Shown piece after piece: positions 1-10,880 of a stretch of 64,000 nt of DNA (the stretch's first letter is position 1; each line of letters begins with the position of its first letter). The translations under genes were made by a program, and so were the position numbers. Origin of the DNA: Gracilinanus agilis (lineage: Eukaryota); assembly GCF_016433145.1 (NCBI RefSeq), contig NC_058131.1:106341301-106405300 (forward strand). Reading direction: 5' to 3'. The notes under the pieces are model-generated. The model was not told where the DNA came from. It did not search any database and saw only the letters and a list, made by a program, of their open reading frames with translations.

Positions 1-36
<36 letters not shown>

Positions 37-37
37 T
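1..37. repeat. (TA)n microsatellite
   Basis: Seen directly. Confidence 0.95.
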
Positions 38-489
38 CTTTTATATCAGGATTCCATAAAGTAGAAGGAAACTTGCTTCTGGAAACAGCAAAAGGTTTTG
101 TTGTAAATTTTCATTCTGCTGAGCTCAACAAAAAAACATTGGTGTGTAAACCACATAAATTATTTAAATGGTACATCTGAATAAGAATGATTTGTTGGCT
201 TAAAGAATGAGGGGAATAAAGGCAATCAGAAAAAAAAAAAAGCTTAAATTCTTGATATAGATGAAGAACCCAAATGGAATGGATGTACTTAATAATAGAA
301 TGTAACAAATTGAAGAGATCTTTTACATTAAAATACTATATGTACATTTTTCTGTCTATGGAGCACCTGTGTTTTGAATGCTGCAGGTGCTGTCTCAGAA
401 TTAACCAGTTTGGTGATGACTTTTAATTTGACTTTTTCAGACTTGTTCTTGGAGGCTTAGGGGAGAGAAATGGAGAAATAGCATATTGG

Positions 490-710
490 ATAGAGAGCTA
501 TCTTGGAAGTCATGAAAGACTCGAATTCTAGATCTATTTCTGGCATGTTTCCATGTGACCCTGCTCAAGGCACTTAACCTTTGTTTTCCTCAGTTTCCTT
601 ATCTGTAAAATGGGGGAGGATCATTGCACCTGTTTCCTAGGTGAAGATCAAACGAGATAATATTGGTAAAAATTTTGCAAACTTTAAAGAGCTATATAAA
701 TGCTAGCCTG
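490..710 (+). mobile_element. MIR
   Basis: Core cctcagtttccttatctgtaaaatggg. Confidence 0.75.
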
Positions 711-1569
711 AGAAGATCAGGATTAAGCGGAGGAAGGAGAGGAGGAGGAGAAAGATCATGCTTGACTGGACATGGTATCTCAGGGGGGATTCCCCAGACT
801 CTCTCTGCTGGGCTGCTCCACTGCTCTTCCTCTGCTCAGTGGGACTTGCTCTTCCATGGCAGCTATTGTCTTTGCTACTTTGGCTTTGTCATCAGTTGGG
901 GGAGTGTTGGGCTCCTTCAGAAAAGGCAGAGATCTTCAGTCCAGGATTGGCAGAAACCTCTCCAGTTCTGCCCTCAGCTGGCATCTGAGGACTTGCCAGC
1001 CGCCCCCCAACATCCCTGGAAACAGCTAGTAGTGGAGAAGGACAGCATCTCTTTCTTTTTATGCTAATTTTTGCTTGTGTGAGTAACACTGGTATGAGCT
1101 AGGAGGTTTTCACTGCTGTAAAGAGTTGGGAAATTTCTCCCCATTTTAGCACAGTTGGGGTGCAAGGGGAAAAAGAGTGGACACTGTTCCTAGATGGAAC
1201 TCTCTCCAGGGATTTGTCAGGGAGCCCTAGATCTAAGCCACCTGCCTCCCAGCCATTGTTTTTACCCCAGGACATTTCCAGAGAGCCCTGGGTCAACCCA
1301 GGTCCAGCCACCTGTCTCATCCATCTTTCCTGAGACTTCCTAGAGAGTCTGAGATCAGCCATCCGCTTAGATCCTCTCATTAGCCAGCTGGTTGGCTTCA
1401 TTGCCCTAAATCTCTGCTCACTCCAGTCTGTCTTCCTTTCAGCTTTCAAAATGATCTTCCTAAAACAATGGTCTGACCATATTACAATCCTTCCCTCCCA
1501 CCTACCCAATTTAATTATTTATTTACTTGCTTATTTATTTATTTATTTATTTATTCATTCATTCATTTC

Positions 1570-1765
1570 AAACCCTTACCTTCTGTCTTGGAGCCAATAC
1601 TGTGTAATGGTTCCAAGGCAGAAGAGTGGTAAGGGGAGGCAATGGGGGTCAAGTGACTTGCCCAGGGTCACACAGCTGGGGAGTGTCTGAGGCCAGATTT
1701 GAACCTAGGACCTCCCATCTCTAGCCCTGACTCTCAATCCACTGAGCTACTCAGCTGACACCCCC
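1570..1765 (-). mobile_element. SINE1_Mdo-like tRNA-derived SINE
   Basis: Reverse complement of gcagctgggt..ctcagtggattgagag...gtgtgaccctgggcaagtcac. Confidence 0.9.
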
Positions 1766-2068
1766 CTCACCTACCCTATTTAATTAACTCCAATGGTTCT
1801 CTATTGCCTCCATGATTAAATATAGAATTCCTTATTTGTCTTTTAAATAAGTCCTTTATAACCTGACCCATTCCTACCCTGCCAGTCTTTTTATTACTTG
1901 CTTCCTCTCACACACTCTGGAATCTAGTGATATTATTCTTCTTGCTATCCCTCACTCTAAATATTCCATCTCTTGACTCCCAGTGTTTTCATTGGCTTTC
2001 CCTTCCCCATTCCTGGAACTCTTCCCTCTTCATCTCTACCTCCTAACTTCCCTGGTTTCTGTCGGATC

Positions 2069-2409
2069 TGTGGTATGGAAATTTGGGCATCCTTGAACTA
2101 ATTTTGAGGTCTCTAATCTAAACTTCCTGTAGAAGTTTAGGGGTCTTTCAAACTACATTTCCCATGATTCCTGGCTTGTGTAATCATGTGGACAGGAAGC
2201 GTAATACCTTAGAGAGAAGAATAAAAAGGAAGTGCCAGGATGGGCACTCGCTCTTTCTGGCTGAAGCAGCATAGTGACGGAGGTAATGGTGGGTCTTTTA
2301 AATTGACTCGACATGGCATGTGGCTTCATTTTTCTAATGGCTACCAATAAATCTTTTAAAACCATAATCTTTTTAAATCTATCCTTTTATATCCATTTTA
2401 TTTCTTACA
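2069..2409 (+). mobile_element. Solo LTR (ERV1-like, 341 bp) inserted into an L2 relic
   Basis: TG...CA termini, exact 4-bp TSD GATC (2065-2068 / 2410-2413), internal AATAAA 2346-2351. The L2 sequence rejoins across the insertion. Confidence 0.85.
2240..2282 (+). other. Candidate LTR-derived first exon (MGTRSFWLKQHSDG, phase-1 end)
   Basis: caggATGG Kozak context and GAG|gtaatg donor, in frame with the 2704 exon. Prediction only. Confidence 0.3.
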
Positions 2410-2703
2410 GATCTCCACTAAAATCTCACCTTCTACAAGGAGCTGTCCTGATCCTCCTTAATGCCAGGGGCCCCTTGTGCTGATTATCTTAGTTTATCTT
2501 GCACCCGTCTTCTCTGTACAGAGTTAGTGGTTTGCATGTTGTCTCTCCCATTAGGCTGTGAGCTCCTTGGAGAGCGGAGATTGGCTTTTATTTTCCTTTC
2601 TAGCCCTAACAGACAGCCTGGCTCATAGTAGGTGCTTAATAAACATTTGTTAACTGACAGACCTGGCCTATCATAAATGCCCAGTCCCTCTACCCCTACC
2701 AAG

Positions 2704-2856
2704 AGACAGACCTGAACAAGACCTCCCTTCCTGAGGGCATGGATGAGACCACAGTGGAGGAGGTCTTAGATTACATGGAAGCCCACATGAGAAAATCAAC
2801 CCCCAGAGGCCAGATTGTGGGATTCTGTTCTTTTGCAAATGCTAGTACAGAACATG
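2704..2856 (+). other. Candidate exon of an unannotated + strand transcript (TDLNKTSLPEGMDETTVEEVLDYMEAHMRKSTPRGQIVGFCSFANASTEH)
   Basis: Pyrimidine-rich acceptor ccctctacccctaccaag| and G|gtaggt donor. 153 nt, symmetric phase 1, 50 open codons. Confidence 0.35.
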
Positions 2857-2953
2857 GTAGGTAGGCTATGGAGGAAGGGGTGTTGCGTAAGTGGGAGTTA
2901 AGCATTAATTTGGATTTTTTACCTCTTTTTTTTAGGTTGCTGGTGTCTTAAAC

Positions 2954-3124
2954 TAGAGGTATCAAATAAGGCCCAAGCAGCTAGCAGCACAACCAGATTA
3001 AAGTGTAATGAGGAAGTGTTTAATAAACTCAATAAAAATACAACATAAATAATGTTAATTTGTTGTTTTCTAAGTCAATATGAAACTTGTAGGGATTCCT
3101 TTCTATTTGTGTATGACACCAATA
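2954..3124. mobile_element. Old hAT-type MITE
   Basis: Degenerate TIRs tagaggtatcaaa ... tgacacc. Confidence 0.45.
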
Positions 3125-3266
3125 TTCTATGCCATGGAGATGGCTGAAGTGGCTTTCTCTTTAGGGCATAATTTTGGCTTTGGTTAGGGTTATAAAAAAA
3201 AAAAGGTATTGAAATTATGGCTCAGTCCTGAATGTATCTGCTCTCCTGAAGTTGTCCTCTTCTCAG

Positions 3267-3311
3267 AATCCTCAATGACCAAGAGGCCCATTTATTCACT
3301 AGACTCAAACT
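3267..3311 (+). other. Candidate 45-nt exon (SSMTKRPIYSLDSN)
   Basis: tgtcctcttctcag| acceptor and T|gtgagt donor. Symmetric phase 1 and open. Confidence 0.3.
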
Positions 3312-3930
3312 GTGAGTAGGGCTAAGATGTCGGGGATTTCATTACTGATGGAGAACAGATTAGATTTTATTGCTATTTCCATAAAGCAAATAATGTACAT
3401 AGGAATAAAAAACGATGAAAGAGCATAACAGGCCTGAGCGAAGCTCTGAACAAAGTAAAAAAATAAATGAGAGGATATTTTTCAAAGCTTACACAAGGGT
3501 GTATTGTAGACTCTTGTTCAGGAGAGTTTCCACATGATTAAGAAGAGTTGGCCAGTCTACTGGTTTTGCTTTCAGAATATCTTTTTTTGCTTGTTTGTTT
3601 TTTAACAAAGAAGATATATAGAAGATGGGAAGTAACCAAAAGAGAAAATACAAAAGAATTAAGAGGGATTGGGAAATGCTTCATGTAAAAGGTAGGATTT
3701 TAGCTGGGACTTAAAGGAAGCCAATAGACATAGCTGAGGAGGGAGAGAATTCTAGGCATGGGGGACAAGAGATAGAGGATGTTGGGCGAATATCAACAAG
3801 GAGTCTATACTTTCATCCCTCTTCAAGCTATATTATAGACTCATCTCCAAAGGACTTTCTTTACTATGGATATTGATGAATATCAAGTTCATAATTTAAA
3901 CATTTAAGTAATTGTTAAAAATCATGGCTT

Positions 3931-4114
3931 AGGGAGCAGCTGGGTGGCTCAGTGGATTGAGAGTCAGGCCTAGAAATTGGAGGTTCTGGATTTAAGTCAG
4001 ACCTTAGACACTTCCTATAGCTGTGTGACTTTGGGCAAGTCACTTAACCCTCATTGCCTAGCTCTTATGTAGTATTGATTCTAAGACAGAAGATAAGGAT
4101 TAAAAAAAAAAAAA
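3931..4114 (+). mobile_element. SINE1_Mdo-like SINE
   Basis: A/B boxes, core, A tail and degenerate TSD. Confidence 0.9.
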
Positions 4115-5742
4115 GCAAGGCTTACTGTATAAGAGAAAGGAGAAATATATCCAGAAATGACATGAAAATCAAAGATAGCAATAGAATATGTTTGGAAAAG
4201 AAAAAATTATAATCAATAAAATTAGAGATAAAACATTGACTTAAAAGTCACAACTCCAATATAACAATTTGGACATTATGACATTCTTATTTTAAACTAA
4301 AATATCTCCATCTCCACATTTTACTTATATCGATATTTCTAATAATATCAAAGAATCTGTTCTAATGATCGAGGGGATTATTGCTTCAAGGAAAATATGT
4401 AAAATACCGAGTGTGGGTTTTATTTCTGACCGTAATCATTATTCATGTTCATGTAGGATTGTTGCATTACAATCTAACATATTTCCCAAGATATTTTTAT
4501 GCTAACAGTTATTAAAATCAGAGATTTAAAAAAAAATAGAGAATCCCTAATCAACGCTGAGTGGAGCATTGACATGATATGACTTCTGGTCTCAGCCTTC
4601 AATTTTGATTAGAATTAATGCAAATTTATTCCACTTGTAAGTTAATTTCATGGAGGAAAATCATTCTTAATCTCTATACTTAGCTAGCCAGACTATGGCA
4701 CAGATTCCAAAATAGCTCTTGTATCCTAAACTATTCAGACTAATCATTTTGAAATGATAAAACATAAAGAAATAAATATAGCAGGAAGACATGGTCCTAC
4801 TCTGCTTTCAGACACACGTTAACAGGTCACAGAAATCTAATAAGGCGACTCTGTTAGATGGAAGTCCGTTTTCTTGGGCTATTCCAAGAACATCCTGCTG
4901 ACAAGGTTCAACACTGGACACAAAGGCTCCATTCACTAATGTTGAGCTCTGGGGCTCGCCAAGGCAGGGATGGATGCTCAAGAAGAATCACAGAGTATAT
5001 TGAAAAGCAGCTCAGAACAAATTGTTGTTCATCTCCTTTTGCAAGGCAGCTCGTAATTCTGGAAAAGCCTAGATGAGAAGGTGCTAGCAGTTGCCAGCTT
5101 ATGAGGCTCTCATTCATTGTGCATTCATTTTATACCGCATGGCATTAGGGCTTACAGGGAATGGGTTTAAAAACAGTTAGTTGCTTAGACCAGGACAAAG
5201 GTTCCTTTGCTGATCTTTAATTTTACATACTTGTTTTATATTAATTTTTTAATATAATAATTTTTATTATGGTATAATAAGTCCCAATACTCATGCTGTA
5301 CCAAATACATTTATTTTGGTCATTCATTTCTTTGAAGTAATGAGGAAAAAAAAGGATTTTTTTCTACGACTTTCTGGGGCATCTCAGATTTAGGCATTAC
5401 CCATATTTTCCTTGGAGACAGAACCACAACTGAGACAAAAGCTACCATGTATGATGCCATAATTTGACATCAACTCTAGTTAAATGTCCAGCCTTGTTCA
5501 TTTTAAAAATTTTCTATTTACTATTTCATTTTTCCTCCTTTTCATTCTTACCTAATGAAAATATCAAAATATCTTCATCGGCTCTGTTTGAATTGATCAG
5601 GCTTCTTCTTTAACACACAAAAAAAGTGTATATTGAACTAACTAAGCTGGTCATACTTCAGAAATAACTTTAGGTAAATTAAGACGATTATGTTGTATAC
5701 GAAAGAGACCATTTCTTATGGGAAACGGGCTCCATTTTGCAG

Positions 5743-6017
5743 GTGACAATTATTTGCTATCCAAAAAAAAAAAAAAAAGTGAAATTGGAGGTTCTGATCT
5801 TAATGAAAAATCTTGAAGCTTCAGTAATTTGGATGCATGCCTGGAGAAGACAGGCTGCATTATCACCAGAAACATTTCAAGTCTCTCTTCCAATTCTGAC
5901 TTGGCAAGCAGAAGAAACTTTTGGAAGTTTTTCATCTTAGCCAAATGGACCGATGCCTGGACCTCTTTAGACAGTATTCAGGCTCTCTTGGCTATCTTCC
6001 AAGGTCTGTGACTTGAG
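5743..6017 (+). other. Candidate exon (phase-1 entry; DNYLLSKKKKKSEIGGSDLNEKS* then further open frame)
   Basis: ctccattttgcag| acceptor and GAG|gtaaga donor. In-frame TGA at 5814-5816. Confidence 0.25.
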
Positions 6018-6179
6018 GTAAGACAAAGAATTAAAACAGAGTAGCCCTGATCTACTCTTTTCACTGGGTTAAGTAGTAGGTACTTATGTATTACACTGTA
6101 AAAGTCATAGAATCATGGAATCTTGAGTTGGAAGGGAAGATGTTATCTATCACAGCCTGTACCTGAACAACTATTCCCT

Positions 6180-6560
6180 CAATATGTCAGTGTAAGACTT
6201 GTCCTGGGGCTGCTCAGGGCTCTTTTCTTTTCTCTCATTATACTCTCTCACTTGGTGATCTCATCCTCTCCAACAGGCTCAAGGATGATCTTTATGCAGA
6301 TGATTCTCAGGGCGTCATATCCTGCCTTAGTTTCTCTCCTGAGCTGTGGTCCCAAAGGACCAACCACCTCTCAGACGTTTTGAATTGGATGGTCTCCTAA
6401 ACATCTCAAACTCAACAAGTCCAAACCTCATCATCTTCCCCTGCTCCAACTCACCCCGTCCTTCCACTCTTCCCAATTTTTCTATTGCTGTGGAGGCGCC
6501 ATGATTGTACCATTGATCTAGTCTTGCCATTTGGGCATCCTTCACTCTTCACCTAGTTAG
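6180..6560 (+). mobile_element. L2 relic
   Basis: ttggatggtctcctaaacatctcaaactcaacaagtccaaa motif. Confidence 0.6.
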
Positions 6561-7026
6561 GTACAGGTGCTCATCGGTAGCCTTCTGGAGGGTAGTCCTG
6601 CCTCAAATATTTCCCCAGGCTAACTCATCCTTCATTAAGTGTTTAGAGTGAGGAAGTAATAGTTCTACCATATTCATAGTTCATACCTATAAACTGGAGA
6701 GTGTCCAGAGAAGGGTAACAAGGATGAAGACAGCACTATCTGCTAAATGCTAAATGATTAACTCTCCAAAAATTGTTTCTATATGCTTTTAAATTGAATC
6801 TGCATTATTAACATTCTCACCATCACTATTCTAAGTCTAGATAATCACAAAACAATGAATTAAGTCCTAATTGGTAGTATTCTTTGATTTTTTTCAAAAT
6901 ATAAGTGCTTCACACTGAAAAATTTAACAATCAGCTTTCAAGAGCCAGTATAATTTGCCTCCAGTATGCTGCTAGAAAGCATAGGTCTGTGTCATATGAC
7001 AACTGGATGAAGAAATTGGGAATGCT

Positions 7027-7212
7027 GGAGGCAGCTGGGTGGCTCAGTGGGTTGAAAGCCAGGCCTAGAGATGAGGTCCTGGGTTCAAATATGCCCTCAG
7101 ACACTTCCTAGCTCTGTGACCCTGGGCAAGTCACTTAACCCCCACTGCCTAACCCTTACCCTTCTTCTGCCTTAGAATATATAGCAGTGATTCTAAGATG
7201 AAAGGTAGGGGG
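7027..7212 (+). mobile_element. SINE1_Mdo-like SINE
   Basis: A/B boxes and core. Confidence 0.9.
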
Positions 7213-8500
7213 TTTTATTTTTATTTTTAAATTTAGAATATTTTTCCAGTTCACGATTTTTTTCACCCCTCTTCCCTCCACCCTCCAGGAGTTGACAAGC
7301 AATTCCACTTGGTTATTCATGTATCATTGTTCAGAACTTATTTTTATGTTATTCATATTTGCAGTAGTGATCTTTTTATGCCAAAACCCCAGGAATATCT
7401 CCATCAAACCATGTGATCAAGCAGTTGTTTTCTGTGTTTCTGCTCCCACAGTTCTTTCTCTGGATGTGGATAGAGTTCTTTCTCATAAGTCCCTCTGGAT
7501 TGTCCTGGGTCATTGTATTGCTGCAGAAGTCCATTACATTCAATTGTGCCACACTGTATCCGTCTCTATGTATAAGGTTCTTCTGGTTCTGCTTCTTTTG
7601 CTCTGCATCAATTCCTAGAGGTCTATCCAGTTCACATTGAAATCCTCCAATTCATCATTCCTTTCAGCACTAGTATTCCATCACCAACAGATACCACAAG
7701 TTGTTCAACCATTTGCCAAATGATGGACACCCCCTCATTTTCCAATTTTTTGCCACTACAAAGAGCTCAGCTATAAATATTTTTGTATAAGTGTTTTTTC
7801 TTATTATCTTTTTTGGGGCTGGGTCAAAGGGCAGGCAGTCTTTTAAAGCCCTTTGGGCATAATTCTAAATTGCCCTCCAGAATGACTGGATCAATCCATA
7901 ACTCCCCCAGCAGTGTATTAGTGTCCCAATTTTGCCACATCCCTCCAATATTTATCACTTTCCTTTGCTGCCCTATTGGCTAATATGCTTTGGGGAATTA
8001 AACCCCAGAGAGTTTTGTTATAAAAATGTTCTCCCAGTTTGTTGCTTTCCTTCTAATTTTGGTTGCATTGTTTTTGTTTGTACAAAACCTTTTAAATTTG
8101 ATATAATCAAAGTCATTCATTTTACATTTTGTAATGTTCTCTATCAAATGCTTGGTCTTCCTTCCTTTCCCACAGATCTGACAGATGTACTTTTATGTTC
8201 ACCTAATTTACTTAGTTTCCTTCTTTATATTCAGGTCATTCATCCATTCTGAATTTATCTTGGTGTAGCCTGTAAGAAGTTGATCTAGACCCAATCTCTC
8301 CCATGCTGTTTTCCAATTTTCCCAGCGTTTTTTGTCATATAGTGAGTTCTGATCTCCAAAGCTGGGTTCTTTGGGTTTATCAAACATTAGCTTGCTGAGG
8401 TCAATTATTTCTAATCCATTCCATTGATCCACAATTCTTTCTTTCAGCCAGTAATTGTTTTGATGACCACTGCTTTATAGTACAGTTTAAAATCTGAGGT
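7213..8500 (-). mobile_element. L1 3' fragment
   Basis: Reverse complement resembles 47200-48540 (for example aaacccaaagaacccagctttgg). Confidence 0.85.
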
Positions 8501-8514
8501 AAGGGTTTTTTGTT

Positions 8515-8717
8515 GTTTTTTTTTTTTTTTTTTTTTAATTTTAAACCCTTAACTTCTGTGTATTGACTTATAGGTGGAAGAGTGGTAAGGATAGGCAATG
8601 GGGGTCAAGTGACTTGCCCAGGGTCATACAGCTAGGAAGTGTCTGAGGCCAGATTTGAACCTAGGACCTCCTGTCTCTAGGCCTGGCTCTCAATCCACTG
8701 AGCTACCCAGCTGCCCC
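8515..8717 (-). mobile_element. SINE1_Mdo-like SINE (young)
   Basis: T tail and TSD aggtaagggttttt on both sides. Confidence 0.92.
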
Positions 8718-8904
8718 TAAGGTAAGGGTTTTTTAAAAAAAGAAAATTGGGAATGCTTCATCACAGAAGAGAAGACTCAGAGGGGACATGTTAACTATCT
8801 TCAATATTTGTCCTGTGCAAGAAAGATTAAGCTTCTCCCATTTGGTCCAAAAGGGTAGAATCAGGAATAATGGATGAAACTTGCAAACTGGCAAATTTAG
8901 ACGT

Positions 8905-9119
8905 CAGAGGCAACTAAGTGGCCCAGCAGAGCGAGTGCTGGATCTGGAGTCCAGAAGACTTGAGTTCAAATACGGTCTCGGGCACTTACTTCCCAGCTGT
9001 GTGACCCTGGTCAAGTCACTTAACCCCCATTGCCTAGCCTTTATGGCTCTTCTGCCTTGAAACCAATACTCAGTATTGATTCTAAGATGCAAGGTAAGGG
9101 TTTAAAAAAAAAAAAAAAA
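8905..9119 (+). mobile_element. CORE-SINE upstream of the PRORSD1 promoter, within an L3 relic
   Basis: Core and A tail. Confidence 0.85.
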
Positions 9120-9393
9120 CCTCAAAGGCCAGTTTGTCTAGAACGGAAAAGGTGTGAAGGGAAGCTGCAATGAGTCTAGCAAGATGTTGGAGCCAGACTA
9201 AGAAGCCCTTGGAGGCCCCCTTGGAAGCCACTTCTTGGGAACTGGGTGAAGGGAGGCAAAAGAGGGAGGACGCTGCCGCAGCGCTGCCGGGGTAGGGCTA
9301 GCCGCGGGAGCAGAACTAAAGAGGGCAGGAAGCCGGCCGGGCCCCGCCCCCGCCTCTCCGCCCCCAGTCTCGGCAGCCACGCCGGCAGACACC

Positions 9394-9477
9394 ATGGCGG
9401 GGCCTGAGCTCCGCGCTGCCCTGGAAGCCCAGCTCCGAGCTCTGGCCATCCCTACTGTGAGCGTGGATCACCCCGAG
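9394..9477 (+). CDS. PRORSD1: PRORSD1 coding exon 1 (MAGPELRAALEAQLRALAIPTVSVDHPE), phase-0 end
   Basis: ATG in strong Kozak context (gacaccATGG) inside a CpG island. 28 open codons end at GAG|gtgagc. The peptide matches the N-terminus of vertebrate PRORSD1 as recalled (MAGAELRAALEQRL...EHPE). Confidence 0.95.
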
Positions 9478-9679
9478 GTGAGCCCGGAGTCGGGGTGCCG
9501 GAGCTCGCCTGCGGACCTGAGGGAGGACTGGGGCGCCCGGGGAGGGAGGCGAGCTGCCCCCGGGGCACGCTAGTTCTACTTTGCGTCTCTCCCCGTGTTC
9601 GCCAAGTTTGGCCTTTTTCTTACATTGTTTTGGAATTTAGGGAGAAATCACCCCGAAGAGCGCGTCCGGTGTTGCTTTA

Positions 9680-9898
9680 GCTCGATTGTTGTTCAGTCGT
9701 GTCCAAATGTTCTAGGTTTCTTGGCAAAGTCCCTAGAGGGGTTTGCCATTTCCTTCTCTAGCGCATTTTTCGGATGAGGAAATGGAGGCAGAGTGAAGTG
9801 ACTTCACCAGGGTCACACTGAGGCCGTACTTGAACTCAGGAAGATGTCTTCCCGGGTCCAAGCCTACGGCTCTGTCCACTGCGCCACCGAGCCGCCTT
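9680..9898 (-). mobile_element. MAR1/MIR-type CORE-SINE inside the PRORSD1 CpG island
   Basis: ttggcaaag...gtttgccatttccttctc...gatgaggaaatggaggc...gtgacttcaccagggtcacac, with CpGs retained. Confidence 0.75.
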
Positions 9899-10880
9899 TT
9901 TGGCTGGGGTCAAAAAGGAGCCAAAGGCCATTGCCAGGGCCAGGGCCTCCGTGAAGCCAAGGCTGTGGGGTGTGGGAGGAGGTGGCTGCCCGGATCGTCT
10001 CCTAGTGCCCGGCCTGGGTTCCTACCCCCATGGCGAGGCCCGCGCAATGGTGGTGACCCCTGCTGCGCCAGTGCTGGCCGGTAGGTAGGGGGCGCAGAGG
10101 CAGGCGCGCTCCAGCACCGACCCCGCTGCGGGGTCCTGAGGGGGCGAGCCTCGCGTGTTTAGATTTAGGAAATGCACTCGGATTATGGTCCACTAATAGG
10201 AGGAGCCTGCGCAAGCCCCGTGGGCAGCTAGGTGGCGCACTGGGCCCAGAGTGAGGCCCACAAGCCCAGGCGAGGCCACGGGCTAGGGGGCGCTTTTTGC
10301 CTCAGTTAACACGCCGAAGAAACGGTCAATACGCCAGTATCTTTGTCAAGGAAACCCCCGCGTGGGCTCAGCAGCGAAGGCATGAATGGCAAGTTCGCCC
10401 CCTTAGTCTCAGAGCAGATGCTTGACCTGGGGGCGGGCCCTCCAGATATTTTGATGACCGCATTGTATTCGTTTCCCCTTTAACCCTATTTTGGGCATTT
10501 AACAACTGTTCTGAGGAGCTATAGATTTCCGCAGTTTGAAACAAGCCCAAGGGCTATTTTGGAGTTGCACCCCCTTCCCCTTCTAGGATGTTCCAGACAG
10601 AATTTGAACTCGGGTGTCTGAAGCCAGCTCTCCGGAGTCTACGGGCTTGGCTAATGCCATGGTTAGTCTGCGCTGCCTTCCCCCGCCCCACTTCTAGTCT
10701 CATCTACCCACCCTCACTAGGCGAGTGCCTGGCACAGAGCAGAGGTCATACGCTCCCTGGGAAAAACCAACCCGAGTGGCTGGGCACGGGAGGGCGGTGA
10801 TGGGAAGGGGAGGACCCCAGTGGAAGCAGGCCGCCCCGTGGGGACGCCGCGGTGTCTTTAAGAGCCTTCCTGTTTTGTAG

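Larger units (their letters stand above)
1400..2660 (+). mobile_element. L2 3' region, split by a SINE (1570-1765) and a solo LTR (2069-2409)
   Basis: L2-type motifs and tail cctggctcatagtaggtgcttaataaacatttgtt. Confidence 0.7.
9240..10420. promoter_or_regulatory. CpG island / PRORSD1 promoter, exon 1 and 5' part of intron 1
   Basis: Sharp rise in GC and CpG density against an AT-rich, CpG-depleted background. GC boxes (CCCCGCCCC 9342-9350, CTCCGCCCC ~9356-9364) and an ETS-like CAGGAAG lie just upstream of the ATG. Confidence 0.85.

Noticed and set aside
663-1509. Overlapping 76-136 aa ORFs
   Set aside because: GC-richer patch between MIR and L2 relics, with no recognisable protein or convincing splice sites.
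2857-3040. 79-nt GT-AG intron and following exon at 2936
   Set aside because: The downstream exon runs into a hAT MITE and stops. It is plausible as an alternative end but has no other support.
5814-5816. Selenocysteine read-through of the in-frame TGA
   Set aside because: No SECIS-like structure was identified and there is no selenoprotein similarity.
1-9200. MTIF2 5' end, expected from eutherian synteny
   Set aside because: No MTIF2-like coding sequence or second CpG island was recognised; it probably lies outside the window.
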